From: an uncultured Schumannella sp.
GTDB taxonomy: Bacteria > Actinomycetota > Actinomycetes > Actinomycetales > Microbacteriaceae
Reading direction: 5' to 3'
Length of the DNA stretch: 64,000 bases
Assembly (NCBI GenBank): GCA_964586645.1
Contig: CAZPJC010000001.1
Location: 2,361-66,360 of the forward strand
Positions within the stretch are counted from its first letter, which is position 1. Each line of letters opens with the position of its first letter. Below the pieces are notes generated by a model. The model saw nothing but the letters and a program-made list of their open reading frames with translations. It ran no database searches and was not told the origin of the DNA. Both the position numbers and the translations under genes were made by a program. Positions 60,599 through 64,000 of the stretch are shown in pieces.

Positions 60599-61356
60599 CC
60601 GCTATCGACATGGAGCGGCGGCACATTGCCCGACCCGTGGAGCTTCGCGCGGGCACAGACGGCCCGGGAACCCTCTACGGGTACGCGTCGGTCTACAACA
60701 AGTATTCGCAGAATCTCGGCGGGTTCGTCGAGCAGGTTGCGCCTGGCGCATTTGCGGACTCTCTCGAGAATCTCGGCGGGTTCGCCGAACGCATCGCGCA
60801 CGGGGCCTTCTCGAAGTCGCTGGCCGATCAGGTTTCCGTGGTGGCCCGATACAACCACGACGACAATCACCTTCTGGGGACGACGGACGCTGGAACGCTC
60901 CGCCTCAAGGATGACGGGACGGGCCTGTTCTACGAGGTGGATCTCCCCGAAACGTCGTCGGGGCGCGATGTCGCTTTGCTTTCGAAGCGTGGCGACCTCC
61001 GGTATTCATCGTTTGCTTTCCACACGCTCAATGACGAATGGGATGTGACTGAGCGCGGCTTCCCCCTCCGGACGCTCAAGGCGGTTGCCCTCATCGATGT
61101 AGCCCCGGTGAACTCGCCCGCCTACCTCGACTCGTCTGCCGGCATGCGGTCGCTCGCCGAGCGTCTCGATGTCGAGGTCGAGATCGTCTGCCACGCGACC
61201 ACTGAAGAACTCCGCTCGCTGATCCTGGGTGAGCCCATTGACATCCCCGCCGTGGAAGCACGTAGCGAGGAAAAGGAAGTCGAGACCGGGCAGGTAGAGA
61301 ACCACCCCCTCGCCGACCTCTACAAGCGCAAGCTCGACCTCGAGCAGAAACGCTAA
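60595..61356 (+). CDS. Prohead protease (copy 2)
   Basis: Identical translation. Confidence 0.9.
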   Translation: MTAIDMERRHIARPVELRAGTDGPGTLYGYASVYNKYSQNLGGFVEQVAPGAFADSLENLGGFAERIAHGAFSKSLADQVSVVARYNHDDNHLLGTTDAGTLRLKDDGTGLFYEVDLPETSSGRDVALLSKRGDLRYSSFAFHTLNDEWDVTERGFPLRTLKAVALIDVAPVNSPAYLDSSAGMRSLAERLDVEVEIVCHATTEELRSLILGEPIDIPAVEARSEEKEVETGQVENHPLADLYKRKLDLEQKR

Positions 61357-61453
61357 CCACCACATTCGCCGGCAGGTAGAGAACCACCGGCATCCGTAAA
61401 AGCAATGCCCTCCGAAATCCGGGGGGCATTTGTCATTCCTGGAAGGAATACAG

Positions 61454-62674
61454 ATGTCCGAAACGATGGCGAGGCTTCTCCTCGAGAAGCGCGCGAACGT
61501 GTTCAACGCGGCGAACGAGATCGTCGACCGCGCAATCGCTGAGAAGCGTGAGATGACCGCCGAGGAGGAAGTCTCCTACGCGAAGGCTGACGCCGAGATC
61601 AACGAGCTGCGCAAGCGTGCGGATGCTCTGGTGGAGCAGGCCGCGAAGGACAAGGACGCCGATGAGGCGCTGCGTTCGCTCGCGAAGGGTTCCGCCCCGG
61701 TCGAGGATGAGAACGCCGAGCTGCGGCGGTTCATCAAGGGTGAGGTTCGCAGCTTCGAGCTGCAGCCTACCCAGGCTGAGTCCCGCGCACTGTCGAAGGG
61801 AACCGCGACGGCCGGTGGAAACACCGTCCCGACGTCGTTCTACAACACCCTCTGGCAGCACCTGATCGAGTCGGCCACCCTCATGGGCGGCGGCGCAACC
61901 GTGTGGACGACCAACTCGGGTGAGAACTTCGAGGTTCCGATCACGCTCACGCATGGTGCTGCGGCTGCGGTCGCTGAGGCGGCGGCTATCGCCGGCACCG
62001 ACCCGACGTTCTCGAAGCGAACCCTCGGCGCGTTCAAGTACGGCGAGCTGGTCAAGGTCTCCCGCGAACTCGTGGAAGACACTGGCGTTGACCTTGAGGG
62101 CTATCTCGCGAAGGCGGTTGGCCGCAACGTCGGTAACGCCTTCGGGGCCAAGCTCATCACGGGTGCGGGCACCACGGAGCCGACCGGTATCACCGTCTCG
62201 TCCACCCTGGGTGCGACGTCGGCGACCGGCACGGTTGGCGTGCCGACGTTCGACAACCTGATCGACCTCTTCTACTCGGTGATCGCCCCGTACCGGGATC
62301 TGTCGACGTCGAAGTGGCTGATGAAGGACTCGACCGCTGGTTCGATCCGCAAGCTGCGTGACCTCTCCGGCGGTGCCGGAACCGGTCAGTACCTGTGGCA
62401 GCCGGCCGTCATTGCCGGTCAGCCTGACCTGCTTCTTTCGAAGCCGGTTCTCACCGACCCGAACGTGGCCGCGACCGCGCTGAGCGCGAAGTCGGTTCTG
62501 TTCGGTGACCTGTCGTCGTACGCGGTGCGTGTCGTCAACGGGATCAAGTTCGAGCGCAGCGATGAGTTCGCGTTCGACACCGATCAGATCACCTTCCGCG
62601 CCACCATCCGTGGCGACGGTCTGCTGATCGACCAGACGGGTGCCGTGAAGCACCTCGTCGGTGCTGCGAGCTAA
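61454..62674 (+). CDS. Major capsid protein (copy 2)
   Basis: Identical translation. Confidence 0.94.
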   Translation: MSETMARLLLEKRANVFNAANEIVDRAIAEKREMTAEEEVSYAKADAEINELRKRADALVEQAAKDKDADEALRSLAKGSAPVEDENAELRRFIKGEVRSFELQPTQAESRALSKGTATAGGNTVPTSFYNTLWQHLIESATLMGGGATVWTTNSGENFEVPITLTHGAAAAVAEAAAIAGTDPTFSKRTLGAFKYGELVKVSRELVEDTGVDLEGYLAKAVGRNVGNAFGAKLITGAGTTEPTGITVSSTLGATSATGTVGVPTFDNLIDLFYSVIAPYRDLSTSKWLMKDSTAGSIRKLRDLSGGAGTGQYLWQPAVIAGQPDLLLSKPVLTDPNVAATALSAKSVLFGDLSSYAVRVVNGIKFERSDEFAFDTDQITFRATIRGDGLLIDQTGAVKHLVGAAS

Positions 62675-62986
62675 TCCAGTTCGTCGCATATGCCGGGTGG
62701 GCGTGACCAATCGTTGCGTCCACCCGGTGCACCATCCCACGAAAGGAAATGGGCATGAAGGTACGTATGATCGCCGCAATTTCGGGCACACGCGATGGGT
62801 CCGACTGGCCCGCGGCTGGCGAGACGCTCGAGTGCTCGAACGGCGAAGGTGCGGATCTGATCGCGGCCGGACTCGCGACGGCAATCACGAAGGCCCCCGC
62901 CGAAGCGCCCGAGACGGCGACGGCGAAGAAGCCCGAGACGGCGACAGTCAAGGGTGGCCTGACCAAGGGCAGCACGGGGATCTGAC

Positions 62987-63547
62987 GTGGCGATCGTTGA
63001 CGGGCTGATCACTCTGGCTGAGGCCCGTTCTTCGATCTATGGGGAGCAGGCTGGCACCGCGGCGACGGTGCGCGACGCCGACATCGAGAAGTACGTCGAG
63101 GCTGCGACGCCGGTCATCGAAGACATTGCCGGGCCGCTGATTGTTCGGTCCCGCACGTTCACCTTCGCGGGCGGTTCGGATGCGTACGTGCTTCCCGTCC
63201 GGTTCACGTCCGTGACGTCGGTGACGGTTGATGGTGTTGCGTCGACCGATTACGTAGCGGACGCTACGGCCGGCATCATCTACCCCGGCACGACGGATGG
63301 CATCAGCGTCTTCTCTTCGGGTGTTGAGAATGTCGTCATCGTCGTGTCGGTCGGATCCGCGACGATTCCGAAGAACGTCTCGCTTGCCGCCCGCGAGTTG
63401 GTTCGGTTCTGGTGGCAGCAGGGGCAGCAGGCGAACCGTCCTGGCGTTGCTGAGCAGGACGCTTCCGCCGCACCGCAAGGCTTCCTCGTCCCGCGGCGGG
63501 TTATGGAACTTCTGCGGGCGACACCGAACGTTGGTGGCTTCGCGTGA
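62987..63547 (+). CDS. Head-to-tail adaptor (copy 2)
   Basis: Identical translation. Confidence 0.8.
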   Translation: MAIVDGLITLAEARSSIYGEQAGTAATVRDADIEKYVEAATPVIEDIAGPLIVRSRTFTFAGGSDAYVLPVRFTSVTSVTVDGVASTDYVADATAGIIYPGTTDGISVFSSGVENVVIVVSVGSATIPKNVSLAARELVRFWWQQGQQANRPGVAEQDASAAPQGFLVPRRVMELLRATPNVGGFA

Positions 63548-64000
63548 CCCAACTTGTTTCCGCCGCCCCCCTGTTCAAGACGGCACTCCACGATGCCGCC
63601 GTGATCCTTTGGGCGGGGCAGAACGTCCTCACTACTTACGGGATGCCGGCGTTTGACGCCTTCGATGATGTCGTGTCGTTCGCGTCGGTGACGTCGCAGC
63701 AGGAGCCGGGGCCGATGGGTCCCCTGCGTGAGCGTCGGGAGTTTCTGACGCAGGAGGTCATCTTCTATTGCTTCCGCGCGGGCGGGGAGGAGCAGGAACT
63801 CGTCGCTATGAACCGCGCCTACGCCCTGTGCGCGGCGCTCGAGGGATCAGTGCGAGTCGGCGCGGCAACCCATCTGGGTTACCCCGATGTCTTCGTGCAG
63901 GGATGTTTCCTCACCGACATGGCGTCTGATGCTGCCACCGATCAGGACGTCCTCTCGAAGGGGCGGATGCACGTCCTCCGCGCCACCTTCTCTGCCGAAG

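Larger units (their letters stand above)
38650..64000 (+). repeat. Second tandem copy of the phage genome (equals 1..25351, offset +38,649)
   Basis: gcgcgtgatcgcgccggtagc occurs at 1 and at 38650. The ORF track repeats with identical translations at +38,649. Confidence 0.98.

Overview
The window holds one complete 38,649-bp high-GC temperate siphophage genome (actinobacterial, probably infecting Microbacteriaceae; host is inferred), followed by a second tandem copy: position 38650 equals position 1, and the copy runs to the window end. This indicates a circular or concatemeric assembly. Gene order: early and accessory genes (1-10.7 kb), recombination/replication (10.8-14.6 kb), late regulation (15.6-18.6 kb), HNH-terminase-portal-protease-HK97 capsid-tail (18.6-33.6 kb), lysis (33.6-35.2 kb), then integrase/repressor/Cro-like/antirepressor (35.4-37.6 kb). 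The most striking unexplained signal is a degenerate palindromic site of about 28 bp (11-6-11; core AY-N6-RT, often AGYAY-N6-RTRCT). It sits at about 25 gene junctions, just upstream of the ribosome-binding site, and only in accessory regions (446-1237, 4510-10651, 14581-15635). It brackets all three DNA methyltransferases, which suggests an integron-like or dif-like single-gene cassette system in a phage. Also notable: an integration-dependent-immunity-like int/rep pair (both end in -AA, with a candidate att site inside rep), a leaderless PKD-domain surface-protein moron with a LexA-like box, a tRNA-minihelix-like element, and several strongly structured intergenic segments. Features are given mainly for copy 1; add 38,649 for copy 2.
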